A stretch of DNA of 64,000 nt from positions 13,716 through 77,715 of the forward strand of contig JBCBKL010000011.1 in NCBI GenBank assembly GCA_038521825.1. Direction: 5' to 3'. Made by a program: the position numbers and the translations under genes. The notes below the pieces were generated by a model. It worked only from the letters and a program-made list of their open reading frames with translations, did not search any database and had not been told where the DNA came from. Positions within the stretch are counted from its first letter, which is position 1, and each line of letters opens with the position of its first letter. Positions 28,080 to 37,756 of the stretch are shown one piece after another. Source of the DNA: Pseudomonadota bacterium (GTDB lineage: Bacteria; Pseudomonadota; Alphaproteobacteria; Rhodobacterales; Rhodobacteraceae).

Positions 28080-28403
28080 CTACATCGCGTCGATAAGATC
28101 CAGCAAAGCAGGCGGCAACTGGTCTTCGCGCAAATCGAACGTGTGCCGCGCTTTTTCGTCGTCCGTCACAACGATGCGGTAGGTCAGCATATCCGCGGCA
28201 CCCGGTGCTTCTGAATGGCTTGCAAGTGCGCTGAGCGCCTTGGGGTCGAAAGCCGTGCAGTACGTGTCACGCAGTGATGCGGTCTGGCTTTCCAGATCCA
28301 TCTGCTTGTCGATCCCCGCGGCGGCCAACCCACCAAAGCCGCCACTTGATGTGATTTTGATCATCATCACGAAACACCCCGCTGCCAGTCCTGCCGAGCT
28401 CAT
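28080..28403 (-). CDS. Emfourin-like protealysin inhibitor
   Basis: About 100 aa, immediately downstream of the M4 protease gene (15-nt gap). SGGFGGL... and ...PGAADMLTYRIVV resemble the emfourin GGFA and PGxGDxxYxI motifs. The true start may be ATG 28367 or 28364. Confidence 0.6.
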   Translation of the reverse strand: MSSAGLAAGCFVMMIKITSSGGFGGLAAAGIDKQMDLESQTASLRDTYCTAFDPKALSALASHSEAPGAADMLTYRIVVTDDEKARHTFDLREDQLPPALLDLIDAM

Positions 28404-28418
28404 GACAACGCTCTGGTC

Positions 28419-29510
28419 TCAGACAGAGATCCCGACCAGCCGCCATGCCCGGCGCAGCATCATCATCTCGTAACTGCCGACCCCATGCAATTCGATTGCG
28501 GCATCCATGGTCTGCGCCGCCCAGTCGCCGAACGTGGCCATTGGATTATTGAGCTGCTGTAGCGCGCGGTACCAGATTTGCCCGGGTCGTTCCCATGACT
28601 TGCCGCCGATGTACTGCGCGTAGAGGTAGAAGGCGTGGTTTGGGATGCCCGAATTGATGTGGACCCCCCCGTTGTCGCTGGTCGTGCTGACGTAGAAATC
28701 CATGTGATAGGGCTGTGGATCGCGCCCCAGCAGGCTGTCGGAATAGGCGGTGCCGGGGGCCTTGAGCGAGCGCAGGGCGACGCCGTTGATGTCTTCGCCC
28801 AGAATGCCCCGGCCCATCAGCCAGTCAGCCTCGTGCACCTCTTGACCCAGCTTGTATTGCACGGTCAGGGCGCCGAACACATCGGCAAAGCTTTCGTTCA
28901 GCGCGCCAGACTGACCCTGATAGACCAGCCCGCCCGAAAACTGTACGACACCATGCGACATCTCGTGGCCGACAACGGACAGCTCGGTGAATGTCTGGAA
29001 AATCCGGTCGTCGCCATCGCCATAGGCCATCTGTTGACCGTTCCAAAAGGCGTTGTTGTATTTGCGGCGGTGGTGAACGGTCGCGACCAGGGGCATGCCG
29101 TTGCCATCAAGAGAGTTGCGTTCGAATTCCTTGGAATAGAGCTCGAACACATCACCCGCGCCGTCGTAGGCCCGGTCCACCTCTTCATCATTGGTGGGGT
29201 CATCGCCTTCGGACCGGGCCAGTTCACCGGGAAGCGAGGCCTTTTCCTGACCATCGTAGATCTTGCGCTCGCAGGTATGGGTTCCCGCGCAACCCTGCGC
29301 CAGTGCGGTCGTCACGAACATGCCGGTGCGGTTGGCGTCTGGAACCATCCCGCCCGAAGATTGCTCGGCCCGTTCCTCACGCACCTCTTCGTTCTGCTTG
29401 AGCATCGACTGGGCCATCTTTCTGACCCCGCTGTCGCCCCGCAGCACCATAACCTCAAGCATGTGAGGCGGAATGATGCATTGGATCGGATTGTGGTGAT
29501 GCGTACACAT
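28419..29510 (-). CDS. M4 (thermolysin-family) metallopeptidase, protealysin-like
   Basis: Track ORF is 28419-29543 (TTG). ATG 29510 with SD AGAGGGA. Short propeptide with the PPL motif (CIIPPHML). Zinc site VVGHEMSHGV plus GALNESFADVFG. Confidence 0.9.
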   Translation of the reverse strand: MCTHHHNPIQCIIPPHMLEVMVLRGDSGVRKMAQSMLKQNEEVREERAEQSSGGMVPDANRTGMFVTTALAQGCAGTHTCERKIYDGQEKASLPGELARSEGDDPTNDEEVDRAYDGAGDVFELYSKEFERNSLDGNGMPLVATVHHRRKYNNAFWNGQQMAYGDGDDRIFQTFTELSVVGHEMSHGVVQFSGGLVYQGQSGALNESFADVFGALTVQYKLGQEVHEADWLMGRGILGEDINGVALRSLKAPGTAYSDSLLGRDPQPYHMDFYVSTTSDNGGVHINSGIPNHAFYLYAQYIGGKSWERPGQIWYRALQQLNNPMATFGDWAAQTMDAAIELHGVGSYEMMMLRRAWRLVGISV

Positions 29511-29785
29511 GATGGTTCCCTCTGAAAATTCATTAAATATCAACAGAGACTACCATAGGTGGCACCACCGCGCAAAGTCAGGGAAACCGGATGTCGGCGG
29601 TTTTTGGGGCTTGGCAGTTCTGCGTTTCACATCGGCCGGCAGATGTATGCCCAAGAATACCGTGCCATCTGGCGCGGTTCTGCTATGACCCTCACGCATG
29701 GCAGTGTTGGCCAGAGCGCGCTGGTGCGGCCTAGACAAAACCGATACTACGCTGCGATGCAGAAAAACGAGCAGGTTCAGGCGAC

Positions 29786-31417
29786 ATGGCATTTTTTGAT
29801 CTATCCGGCGGCGGGGCCCGCACACGGTTTGGCGATTTCTCGATCGCACCGGGCGAGGTCAAGCTGACACCGGGACAGATCAAGACCGAGTTGCTGTCGG
29901 GCCTGACCGTCGCATTGGCCTTGGTGCCTGAGGCCGTCGCCTTTGCTTTTGTCGCCGGGGTGCACCCGCTGGTGGGCCTTTATGCGGCATTTCTGGTTGG
30001 TCTGATCACGGCGCTCATCGGCGGGCGGCCCGGCATGATCTCGGGCGCGACGGGCGCGCTGGCCGTCGTGATGGTTGCACTGGTTGCGCAGCACGGGGTC
30101 GAATACCTTTTTGCGACCGTGGTGCTCATGGGTCTTTTGCAGATCTTTGCGGGTGTCATGCAATGGGGCAAGTTCATCCGCCTTGTGCCGCATCCGGTCA
30201 TGCTGGGCTTTGTGAACGGGCTGGCCATCGTCATCTTTCTCGCACAACTGACCCAGTTCAAGGTGCCCGGATCGGTGCAAAATACCGGCCACGGGATGGG
30301 CGGCGGCGAATGGCTGAGCGGCGGACCACTTTATATTATGCTGGCATTGGTGGCGGCGACGATGGCGATCATCTGGATCATGCCGCGGCTGACCAAAGCC
30401 ATCCCCGCACCGTTGGCCGGGATCGGTGTGATCGCAGGGCTGGTCATCGCGTTCGGGTTGGACGTGCCGCGGGTTGGCGATCTGGCATCGATCGAGGGCG
30501 GCCTACCGGCGTTTCACATCCCGATGGTGCCGCTGACTTGGGAAACGCTTGAGATCATCCTGCCCTATGCAATTATCCTCGCGGCGATTGGACTGATCGA
30601 AAGCCTGCTGACGCTGAACCTCGTTGGCGATTTGACGGGACAGCAGGGCGGGGCGTCGCAGGAATGTATCGCCCAAGGCGTATCGAACACGGTGACGGGT
30701 TTCTTTGGCGGCATGGGCGGTTGCGCCATGATCGGTCAGTCGATGATCAACGTTAAATCGGGTGGGCGGACGCGGATCGCGGGCGTTGCGGCGGCCCTGT
30801 TTCTCTTGGCCTTCATCGTTGTCGGGTCGAGCGTGATCGAGCTGATCCCACTGGCCGCACTTGTTGGCGTGATGTTCATGGTCGTGATCGGGACATTCGC
30901 GTGGAACTCGCTCAAGATCCTGCGGAAAGTGCCTCTGACCGATGCCTTTGTGATCGTGCTCGTGACTGTGGTGACAGTGATGGAAGACCTTGCCGTCGCC
31001 GTCGTTGTCGGGGTGATCGTCAGTGCGTTGGCCTATGCGTGGAACAACGCGCGGCGGATCCATGCAAAGTCATACACAACGCCCGAGGGCGCGAAGGTCT
31101 ACCAGGTGCAGGGGCCGCTGTTCTTTGGCTCTGCCACAGGCTTTGCCGAGCTCTTTGATGTGGCCAGCGACCCGGGTGAGGTCATTGTCGATTTTGCGGA
31201 AAGCCGTGTGGTGGACCAATCCGCCCTGCAGGCAATCGAGGCCGTGGCGCAGAAATACGACGAAGCAGGCAAGCGGGTGCAGTTGCGCCACCTGTCCCGC
31301 GACTGTCACAAGCTGCTTTCCAAGGCCGGGCATTTGATGGTCGATAGCGACGACGACCCGGATTATCAGCTGGCCGTGAACTACGGCGTGAGAACCGGTA
31401 TCCTGGGCGGCCACTAG
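29786..31417 (+). CDS. SulP family inorganic anion transporter with C-terminal STAS domain
   Basis: 543 aa. LSGLTVALALVPEAVAFAFVAG motif, many TM helices, STAS segment VYQVQGPLFFGSA. Confidence 0.9.
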   Translation: MAFFDLSGGGARTRFGDFSIAPGEVKLTPGQIKTELLSGLTVALALVPEAVAFAFVAGVHPLVGLYAAFLVGLITALIGGRPGMISGATGALAVVMVALVAQHGVEYLFATVVLMGLLQIFAGVMQWGKFIRLVPHPVMLGFVNGLAIVIFLAQLTQFKVPGSVQNTGHGMGGGEWLSGGPLYIMLALVAATMAIIWIMPRLTKAIPAPLAGIGVIAGLVIAFGLDVPRVGDLASIEGGLPAFHIPMVPLTWETLEIILPYAIILAAIGLIESLLTLNLVGDLTGQQGGASQECIAQGVSNTVTGFFGGMGGCAMIGQSMINVKSGGRTRIAGVAAALFLLAFIVVGSSVIELIPLAALVGVMFMVVIGTFAWNSLKILRKVPLTDAFVIVLVTVVTVMEDLAVAVVVGVIVSALAYAWNNARRIHAKSYTTPEGAKVYQVQGPLFFGSATGFAELFDVASDPGEVIVDFAESRVVDQSALQAIEAVAQKYDEAGKRVQLRHLSRDCHKLLSKAGHLMVDSDDDPDYQLAVNYGVRTGILGGH

Positions 31418-31640
31418 GGGCTGTTCCCAAAAGGAGCGCGCTGCCGCGCGCACGTCATGATTGGTTTGGCGCCACGGTGCGAGCGGGGTGCTGAAATTTG
31501 GGCTCACCCGGGCGAAAGCCTTTTCGTACCGCCTGGTCTGTCTGACCTGCTTTGCCATGCGGCTGTGTCTGCTTTCAAATCAAATAGCCGCATCCCGCGT
31601 TGCGGGGGCCCTCGGCGATTTCATTTGAGCGCCGCGCCGT

Positions 31641-31666
31641 TCGCCTGGCTTCGATTGACCAGGCGA
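31641..31666 (-). terminator. Stem-loop downstream of the flavin reductase gene
   Basis: TCGCCTGG (31641-31648) pairs with CCAGGCGA (31659-31666), an 8-bp stem. No U-tract. Confidence 0.35.
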
Positions 31667-31686
31667 CGGCGGCTCCGGAGCGAAAG

Positions 31687-32292
31687 TCAGTCATCCGGTC
31701 GGGCGAGTTCGAAGACGTCGCGCACGTGCGTGTAGTCGCGATAGCCGAGCCGGGCGAGCGGTTGGTAAGTGGTGATGTCGAACCGTCCGTCTCGCAGACA
31801 ATCGTCACGGATATGTACACCTGTGACTTCGCCAAGCACCAGTTTGTTGGCCGCCCCCTTCAGATCGACGATCTGCGTCAGTTTACATTCCAGCGCCGCG
31901 GGCGCATCCGCGACCCGGTCGCAATCGATGGTTTCACATGGCGCTTTGGAGAGACCTGCCGCTTCGAATTCGTCCGTGTCATGGGGCAGAGTGGCTGAGC
32001 TCTTGTTCATCGCATCGCGGGCGGCATATTCGACGATGTTCACGCAGAACACACCTGTTTCACGGATATTGGCCACACTGTCCTTGGTGTCGCCCTGATC
32101 GGGTTTCGTACCGGTCGAGGCGAACATGACCTGCGGCGGTACATAGGCCACCGCGTTGAAGAACGAGTAGGGGGCGAGATTGGCCCGACCCCGCGTATCG
32201 CGCGATGAAATCCAGCCAATAGGCCGGGGTGTGACGATGGCGTTGAACGGGTTGTGCGGCAGGCCATGACCGTCGTCAGGACGATAGAACAT
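31687..32292 (-). CDS. Flavin reductase family protein (FMN-binding split barrel)
   Basis: Track ORF is 31687-32379. ATG 32292 gives MFYRPDDGHGLPHNPFNAIVTPRPIGWISS, a typical flavin reductase-like N-terminus. Confidence 0.8.
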   Translation of the reverse strand: MFYRPDDGHGLPHNPFNAIVTPRPIGWISSRDTRGRANLAPYSFFNAVAYVPPQVMFASTGTKPDQGDTKDSVANIRETGVFCVNIVEYAARDAMNKSSATLPHDTDEFEAAGLSKAPCETIDCDRVADAPAALECKLTQIVDLKGAANKLVLGEVTGVHIRDDCLRDGRFDITTYQPLARLGYRDYTHVRDVFELARPDD

Positions 32293-32377
32293 CTGGGGCT
32301 TTCCTTGGTCGTTTGCGCAAGGGCTAGCGGCATGATAGGGCGATTTCCAGCCATAACCACGTCTGACCTGCCCGCCC

Positions 32378-32875
32378 ATGTATCATCTCAGCCCCGAGAC
32401 GCCGGAGGATTGGTGGGAGGTCGAGGCCCTTTACGATCTTTGCTTTGCTCCGGGCCGCTCTGCCCTGTCGTCCTACAGGCTGCGCGACGGGGTCCCTATG
32501 GTGGCGCCGCTCTGCCAAGTGGCACGGGACGAGGCGGGCATTCTGGCCGGTGCCGTTCGGTACTGGCCGATCCGCGTGGGCGATCATGCGGCGTTGCTTC
32601 TGGGGCCCATTGCCGTGCACCCGACGCGCCAGGGCGAGGGGCTGGGGGGCGCGCTGATCGAGGAAAGTCTCGCGGACGCCACCCAACTTGGATGGCGGCG
32701 CGCGCTTCTTGTGGGGGACGCACCCTATTATGGCCGTTTCGGCTTTCGGCCCCTTGCAGGTATCGAGATGCCGCCTCCCACCAATCCGGCCCGTGTTTTG
32801 GGGCGCGATCTGGTGCCTGGCGCGTGGGACGGGATTGCAGGATCAGTCAGCCGCATTGAAAGAGGCGCCGACTGA
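32378..32875 (+). CDS. GNAT family N-acetyltransferase
   Basis: 165 aa. Acetyl-CoA binding segment IAVHPTRQGEGLGGALIEESL. Confidence 0.8.
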   Translation: MYHLSPETPEDWWEVEALYDLCFAPGRSALSSYRLRDGVPMVAPLCQVARDEAGILAGAVRYWPIRVGDHAALLLGPIAVHPTRQGEGLGGALIEESLADATQLGWRRALLVGDAPYYGRFGFRPLAGIEMPPPTNPARVLGRDLVPGAWDGIAGSVSRIERGAD

Positions 32876-32890
32876 CCGCATTTATTGTAG

Positions 32891-33661
32891 ATGGACGACA
32901 TCGTACTTGTAAAAACCGTTGACGCCGAGGCTGAACTGGATGCGCTGGCCCGCCGCTATGCCCGTGCGGGCAATGCGGGTATTGACGTTCTCAACACCAT
33001 CGGGGGGCAGGCCGACACGCTGATCGATCGCTTGCCCCAGCCCGTCAAGGACCGCCTGAACGATGCGGCGCAGGTTACCCTGACGCAGGCGGTGCGCGCC
33101 GCGCAGGGATCACGCATTGTGGTGCCGGATCAGGCAAGCTGGCTGAACACCGCCGTGAACACGGCCATGGGGGCGGCTGGCGGCTTTGGCGGTTTGCCCA
33201 CGGCGATGGCCGAACTGCCGGTTACGACCACGCTGCTGTTGCGGATCATCCAGGGGGTTGCCGATGAGCATGGCTTTGATCCCGCATCGGAGAACGTGCA
33301 GTTCGACGCCGTTCAGGTCTTTGCCGCCGCCGGGCCGCTTGCCGATGATGATGGGGCCGATCTGGCGTTCCTGTCGACACGGCTGGGTCTGAGCGGGCCT
33401 GCGATGCAGATGTTGATTGCGCGCGTCGCACCGCGTCTAGCCACTGTTCTGGGGCAGAAGCTCGCAGCCCAGACAGTACCCATTTTGGGCGCTGTAGCGG
33501 GGGCGGCGACGAACTACGCCTATACCCAGTACTACACTGAGATGGCGCACGTGCATTTCGGTCTGCGCCGCCTTGCGGTCGACGCCGACATTCCGCACGA
33601 AACGCTCGTTTCCGGGCTCAGAACCCGGCTGCCGGAAATGAGATCAGCGCGGAAAAGTTAA
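32891..33661 (+). CDS. EcsC family protein
   Basis: 256 aa. The pattern ..AMGAAGGFGGLPTAMAELPVTTTLLLRIIQGVADEHGFDP.. is typical of the EcsC family. Confidence 0.65.
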   Translation: MDDIVLVKTVDAEAELDALARRYARAGNAGIDVLNTIGGQADTLIDRLPQPVKDRLNDAAQVTLTQAVRAAQGSRIVVPDQASWLNTAVNTAMGAAGGFGGLPTAMAELPVTTTLLLRIIQGVADEHGFDPASENVQFDAVQVFAAAGPLADDDGADLAFLSTRLGLSGPAMQMLIARVAPRLATVLGQKLAAQTVPILGAVAGAATNYAYTQYYTEMAHVHFGLRRLAVDADIPHETLVSGLRTRLPEMRSARKS

Positions 33662-34480
33662 CCCCTTCACCTCGGCCATAAAAAAGGGGAAATAGTCGGG
33701 TGTGCCAAAAAAGTTCCCCGCCTCGATCCGCGTGGGGATTGTAAAACCACCGAAACGCCGGAACTCCGACAGATAGCCGCCAAAGGGTTGCGGGCGGTAG
33801 GTCCTGTCGGGGTTGACGTTGCTCCATCTCTCCATCCGAACTGCGACGGGTTGACCAACGAAATTGACCTGCAGATCGATCGTTTGGCTGTGATCGCCGT
33901 GGTTGACCGTGACCTGAGCAGTCATGTCGTCGACGCCCAGCCATTCGACGTCCGAACCGGGCAAAAGCGCCGCGGGCGTCCAGAACAAGGCCTCTGCCAC
34001 TAGGCGCCCAAAGGCAGAGCGGCGGTGATCGTCTGTTCCGCCCGTCCGAACCACCGGCAGCAGCCCGGCAAAGCTGAAGCGCGTCCAGTCACCGCTGTCG
34101 GACCCGCTGAGCCAGCCTGTATTCGCCTGCCAGACAAAACCATGAGGCGCTGCGATGATCTGTTCGGCACTCATGTCGGCATAACGCGGATCGCCCCGCT
34201 GCCCCATGCCGATCTGCCCCGACATTTCGATTTTGGCCACGGTCCAAAGCGGCGTGCCTTCGTCGATTGCATAGCGAAAGTACCGGCGGGCTGCGGTTGG
34301 CAGGTCTTCGACCATCGCGGCGCTGAAACGGGGCGGATCGCTTGGTTGCAGGGTTCGGAGGCGTGCGATTTCGGTTCGGTCAGCACGAAGATCCGAGAGC
34401 CGCAGGAGACCGAGTAGGAGGATACTGAAGAAAATGGCGGCAGGCAGCGCGACAAAAATGACTTTGATGAAATTCTCCAT
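33644..34480 (-). CDS. Membrane-anchored hypothetical protein (DUF6544-like)
   Basis: 278 aa. N-terminal TM helix IKVIFVALPAAIFFSILLLGLL. RYFRYAIDEGTPL pattern. Overlaps the convergent EcsC gene end by 18 nt. Confidence 0.6.
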   Translation of the reverse strand: MENFIKVIFVALPAAIFFSILLLGLLRLSDLRADRTEIARLRTLQPSDPPRFSAAMVEDLPTAARRYFRYAIDEGTPLWTVAKIEMSGQIGMGQRGDPRYADMSAEQIIAAPHGFVWQANTGWLSGSDSGDWTRFSFAGLLPVVRTGGTDDHRRSAFGRLVAEALFWTPAALLPGSDVEWLGVDDMTAQVTVNHGDHSQTIDLQVNFVGQPVAVRMERWSNVNPDRTYRPQPFGGYLSEFRRFGGFTIPTRIEAGNFFGTPDYFPFFMAEVKGLTFPR

Positions 34481-34533
34481 GCGCGCACTCTAATGGCGCG
34501 TGGTGGAGGGCGGATTGAGGCAGATCAACCGCG

Positions 34534-35619
34534 TCAGGCGCGTCCAACGGCCCCCGGTGCAATGGCCATGGCCTTGAGGATGGCAAAGCACGGCTGACCG
34601 GGCACCAGATCAAGCGTTTCCAGCGTGCGTGCGGTCAACCGTGCCAGCAGCCGGTCGCCCGCCGCATCAAGCAGGATGGCCGCACCAGGGCCGCCGCCCG
34701 GATGAATGGCCTTGATGGTCACAGGCAGGATGTTGACGCCGACCAGCCCGTCGGGCCGGGTTTTTGACAGGATGATGTCCTGCGCAAGGATCCTCAGGCG
34801 CAGCTCGGTGCCGGGCGGTGCGGTAACACCCGGCAGTTCGATCCGGCCCGCCGCCGCCTGCAGGGTGCTGAGACCGCCGTTGTCGGTTTCGACCACCCGC
34901 ACCTCGATCACCGCACCGGCTTCGCGCGCGCCCAAGAGCGGCATCGCCTCGGGGTCGGCCATGATGTCGAAAAGCGGCCCGGTCGCCGCAACTGTTCCGT
35001 TCTGCAGCAGAACCATCGTGTCGGCGAGCCGGGCGATCTCGTCAAGGGCGTGGCTGACATACAGGATGGGGATCCTAGCCTCTGATTTCAGTCGTTCGAG
35101 ATAGGGCAGGATATCCTGCTTGCGCGGTGCGTCGAGCGCGGCCAGCGGTTCGTCCATCAGCAGCATTCGTGGCTGGGCCAGCAGGGCGCGGCCAATCGCG
35201 ACCCGCTGCCGTTCGCCGCCGGAAAGACGAGCCGGGCGGCGGTCGAGCAGAGCTTCGATGCCCAGAAGGTTAATGACCTCATCTTCGCCGATGCGCATGC
35301 CTGCGCGGGTAAAGCGGGCCCCATATTGCAGATTTTGTCGTGCCGTCAGATGCGGGAAAAGCCGCGCATCCTGAAAGACATAACCCAGACCGCGGCGATG
35401 AACCGGCAGGTCGACACCATGCTTCGTGTCGAGCACCACGTCGCCGTCAATCGCGATCCTGCCTTTTTGGGGCCTCAGCAAACCCGCAACGGCGTTCACA
35501 ACCGTTGTTTTGCCCGCGCCGGATCGCCCGAAAAGCGCGGTCACGCCCGGCCCCGCCTCGAAGCGGGCGGCGAGGGAAAATCCCAAAAAGCCATGCGCGA
35601 TATCGACTTCGAGGCTCAT
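34534..35619 (-). CDS. modC: Molybdate ABC transporter ATP-binding protein
   Basis: Track ORF is 34534-35658. ATG 35619 forms an ATGA overlap with modB. Walker A GRSGAGKTT, LSGGERQR, and a C-terminal TOBE-type domain. Confidence 0.9.
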   Translation of the reverse strand: MSLEVDIAHGFLGFSLAARFEAGPGVTALFGRSGAGKTTVVNAVAGLLRPQKGRIAIDGDVVLDTKHGVDLPVHRRGLGYVFQDARLFPHLTARQNLQYGARFTRAGMRIGEDEVINLLGIEALLDRRPARLSGGERQRVAIGRALLAQPRMLLMDEPLAALDAPRKQDILPYLERLKSEARIPILYVSHALDEIARLADTMVLLQNGTVAATGPLFDIMADPEAMPLLGAREAGAVIEVRVVETDNGGLSTLQAAAGRIELPGVTAPPGTELRLRILAQDIILSKTRPDGLVGVNILPVTIKAIHPGGGPGAAILLDAAGDRLLARLTARTLETLDLVPGQPCFAILKAMAIAPGAVGRA

Positions 35620-36308
35620 GCGCCAGCGATCCGCGCTGCGACCCGACGGGCCAGCCATTCGGAGGCGATAACCGCCCCGATGGCAAGGATGCAGGCCCAG
35701 AGGACAAGCCGGATTGCCGCATCCTCTCCGCCAGGGACCTGGAGCAGACTATAGATGGCCGAGGGCAGCGTTTGGGTCTGGCCGGGAATGTTGGCGACAA
35801 AGGTGATCGTGGCCCCGAATTCGCCGATGGCCTTGGCAAAGCCCATTACCGCGCCTGCGAGGATGCCCGGCATGATCAGGGGCAGGGTCACAGTGGCAAA
35901 AACGGCGTAGCGCGGTGCGCCAAGTGTGGCGGCCGCCTCTTCCAGACGTGGATCGACGGCCTCGATCGCCAGCCGGATGGCGCGCACCATCAACGGAAAG
36001 CCCATCACGAGCGCCGCCAGCGCAGCCCCCGTCCAGCGAAAGGCAAGGATCAGGCCGAATGTCTCCTCCAGAAACCGGCCAGCCGGCCCCTGTCGCCCGA
36101 ACGCGACCAGCAAAAGGTACCCGGTCACGACTGGCGGCAGCACCAGCGGCAAGTGAACCGCGGCATTCAGGATCCACTTACCGGGAAAGGTCTTGCGTGC
36201 CAGCAGCCATGCGACCCAAAGCGCCAGAGGCAGGCCCAGTAGGGTGGCCGTCGTACCGACGAGCAGGGAAAGTCGCAACGCCTCCCAACCGGCGGCGTCA
36301 AGCATCAT
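35616..36308 (-). CDS. modB: Molybdate ABC transporter permease
   Basis: 230 aa. Five or six TM helices. EAA-loop region LEEAAATLGA. Confidence 0.9.
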   Translation of the reverse strand: MMLDAAGWEALRLSLLVGTTATLLGLPLALWVAWLLARKTFPGKWILNAAVHLPLVLPPVVTGYLLLVAFGRQGPAGRFLEETFGLILAFRWTGAALAALVMGFPLMVRAIRLAIEAVDPRLEEAAATLGAPRYAVFATVTLPLIMPGILAGAVMGFAKAIGEFGATITFVANIPGQTQTLPSAIYSLLQVPGGEDAAIRLVLWACILAIGAVIASEWLARRVAARIAGA

Positions 36309-37048
36309 GGAAACAGCGGGACGAACCCGTGCTTGGCAAAGATGCGGGCGGTATCCGCGTTTAAGAGATCCTTAAGCAGAGCGGCGCCTTCTTCGGTGAC
36401 GGCAGCCGCCGGATAGACGATGGGGCTGTGGCTGCCGGCCTGGGCCCGCAGCAATACTCTCACCTTGGGTTCTGCGACGGCATCGGATGAATAGACCACA
36501 CCCAGCGGTGCCTCGCCCCGCGCCACAAGTGCCAGCGCGAGCCGTACGTTTTCGGTTTCGGCCAGGCTGGGTTCGATCTGCTCCCACAGGCCAAGGTTTT
36601 CGAGCCATTCCTTTCCGTAGATCCCGGCGGGCACGGCCTCCCGCTGACCCATGGCAAGGCGACCGTCATCCAGGCGGTCGAGGATGGCCCGCATATCCGG
36701 GCCGAAGTCGCTCGCGTCTTTTGACCCGATCATAACAATCTCATTCGACAGCAGATCGCGCCGTGTTCCCGCAATCAGGACATTCTGCCCTTGCAGCCAG
36801 TCCATCCAGCCCGGATGGGCCAGAATCACGACATCGGCGGGGGCCCCCAATGCGACCTGACGGGCGATGGTGCCGGAGCCGCCAAAACTGATTTCAACAG
36901 CATCAACCGACATGTCCACAGCTTCCTCGAGCGCGCCGCGCAGGCTGGCGGCTGCAAAAACCGTGATCGTATCGCGCGCCAAGGCCGGCATCGCGGTTGC
37001 GACGGCCAGCAGAATTGCCAAGCCTCTGATCCCGAATGCTCTTTTCAT
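36305..37048 (-). CDS. modA: Molybdate ABC transporter substrate-binding protein
   Basis: Track ORF is 36305-37084. ATG 37048 gives the signal peptide MKRAFGIRGLAILLAVATAMPALA. ITVFAAASL motif. ATGA overlap with modB. Confidence 0.85.
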   Translation of the reverse strand: MKRAFGIRGLAILLAVATAMPALARDTITVFAAASLRGALEEAVDMSVDAVEISFGGSGTIARQVALGAPADVVILAHPGWMDWLQGQNVLIAGTRRDLLSNEIVMIGSKDASDFGPDMRAILDRLDDGRLAMGQREAVPAGIYGKEWLENLGLWEQIEPSLAETENVRLALALVARGEAPLGVVYSSDAVAEPKVRVLLRAQAGSHSPIVYPAAAVTEEGAALLKDLLNADTARIFAKHGFVPLFP

Positions 37049-37219
37049 CTGGGCAAATATCCGCGTCGCCGGGACCCTATGCAAGGGGTAATTCGCCGCC
37101 TTGATGCGGCGGAATGGCCCTTAAAACCAAGGCAAAGTTACCCACAACTGAGGCTTTGGCTTTTCGATCGCCCATATTTCCGTTATGCTTGATGCAACGA
37201 GCAGAAGAGAACCAAAGCT

Positions 37220-37693
37220 GTGACAGCACCGCTACCAAAGCAAATGCCCTTGGGTCTGCGCGGGGCCCGAAAGACCGATGTCCGCACACAATTCGCCGCT
37301 GTCTGTTACCGGATCAAGGCAAGCAGGGTCGAAATCCTGCTGATCACATCACGGCGGACGCGCCGCTGGATCGTTCCCAAAGGTTGGCCCGTTCGGGGCA
37401 AATCACCATCGGAGTCCGCCCTGCATGAAGCCTGGGAAGAGGCGGGCGTTGTGGGCCGGGTCAATCCACGCCCGATCGGGATCTATTCCTACGTCAAACT
37501 GCTGGGTCAGGATGCGGGTCTGCCCTGTGTTGCCATGGTCTACGCTGTGAAGGTTAAAGAGCTCGCGCGGGACTATCCCGAACGGGCCGAACGTAGGCGC
37601 AAATGGGTGTCGCGCAAGAAGGCGGGGGCGATGGTGGATGAACCCGAATTGGCCCGCATCCTGCGTGAATTCGACCCCAAAGCCCTGCGCTGA
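37220..37693 (+). CDS. NUDIX hydrolase
   Basis: Nudix box GKSPSESALHEAWEEAGV. GTG 37220 or ATG 37244 as the start. Confidence 0.8.
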   Translation: MTAPLPKQMPLGLRGARKTDVRTQFAAVCYRIKASRVEILLITSRRTRRWIVPKGWPVRGKSPSESALHEAWEEAGVVGRVNPRPIGIYSYVKLLGQDAGLPCVAMVYAVKVKELARDYPERAERRRKWVSRKKAGAMVDEPELARILREFDPKALR

Positions 37694-37756
37694 AGAGCGC
37701 ATTGACCTTACCCGATCGATCGTTATTTCATCGGACAGCTTGATTGAGGGTAGCCA

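Noticed and set aside
28364-28403. Lipobox-like LAAGC at the N-terminus of the emfourin-like ORF
   Set aside because: The preceding segment (MSSAG) is too short and uncharged for a lipoprotein signal peptide. The real start is more likely the ATG-ATG pair at 28367/28364.
31070-31558. 162-aa minus-strand ORF overlapping the SulP 3-prime end
   Set aside because: Most of it is antisense to the STAS domain coding region. The non-overlapping part has no SD and a basic, low-complexity composition.
35340-36242. 300-aa plus-strand ORF
   Set aside because: Antisense to modB/modC. Extremely Arg/Pro/Gly-rich.
37049-37219. Molybdenum-cofactor riboswitch or ModE/Mop Mo-box upstream of modA
   Set aside because: I saw only a 5-bp hairpin (GCCGC/GCGGC) and a weak CGTTAT-N9-AACG dyad at 37181-37199. 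Neither matches the Moco RNA motif nor the CGTTAT...ATAACG-type Mo-box well enough. An Rfam scan or PWM search is needed.
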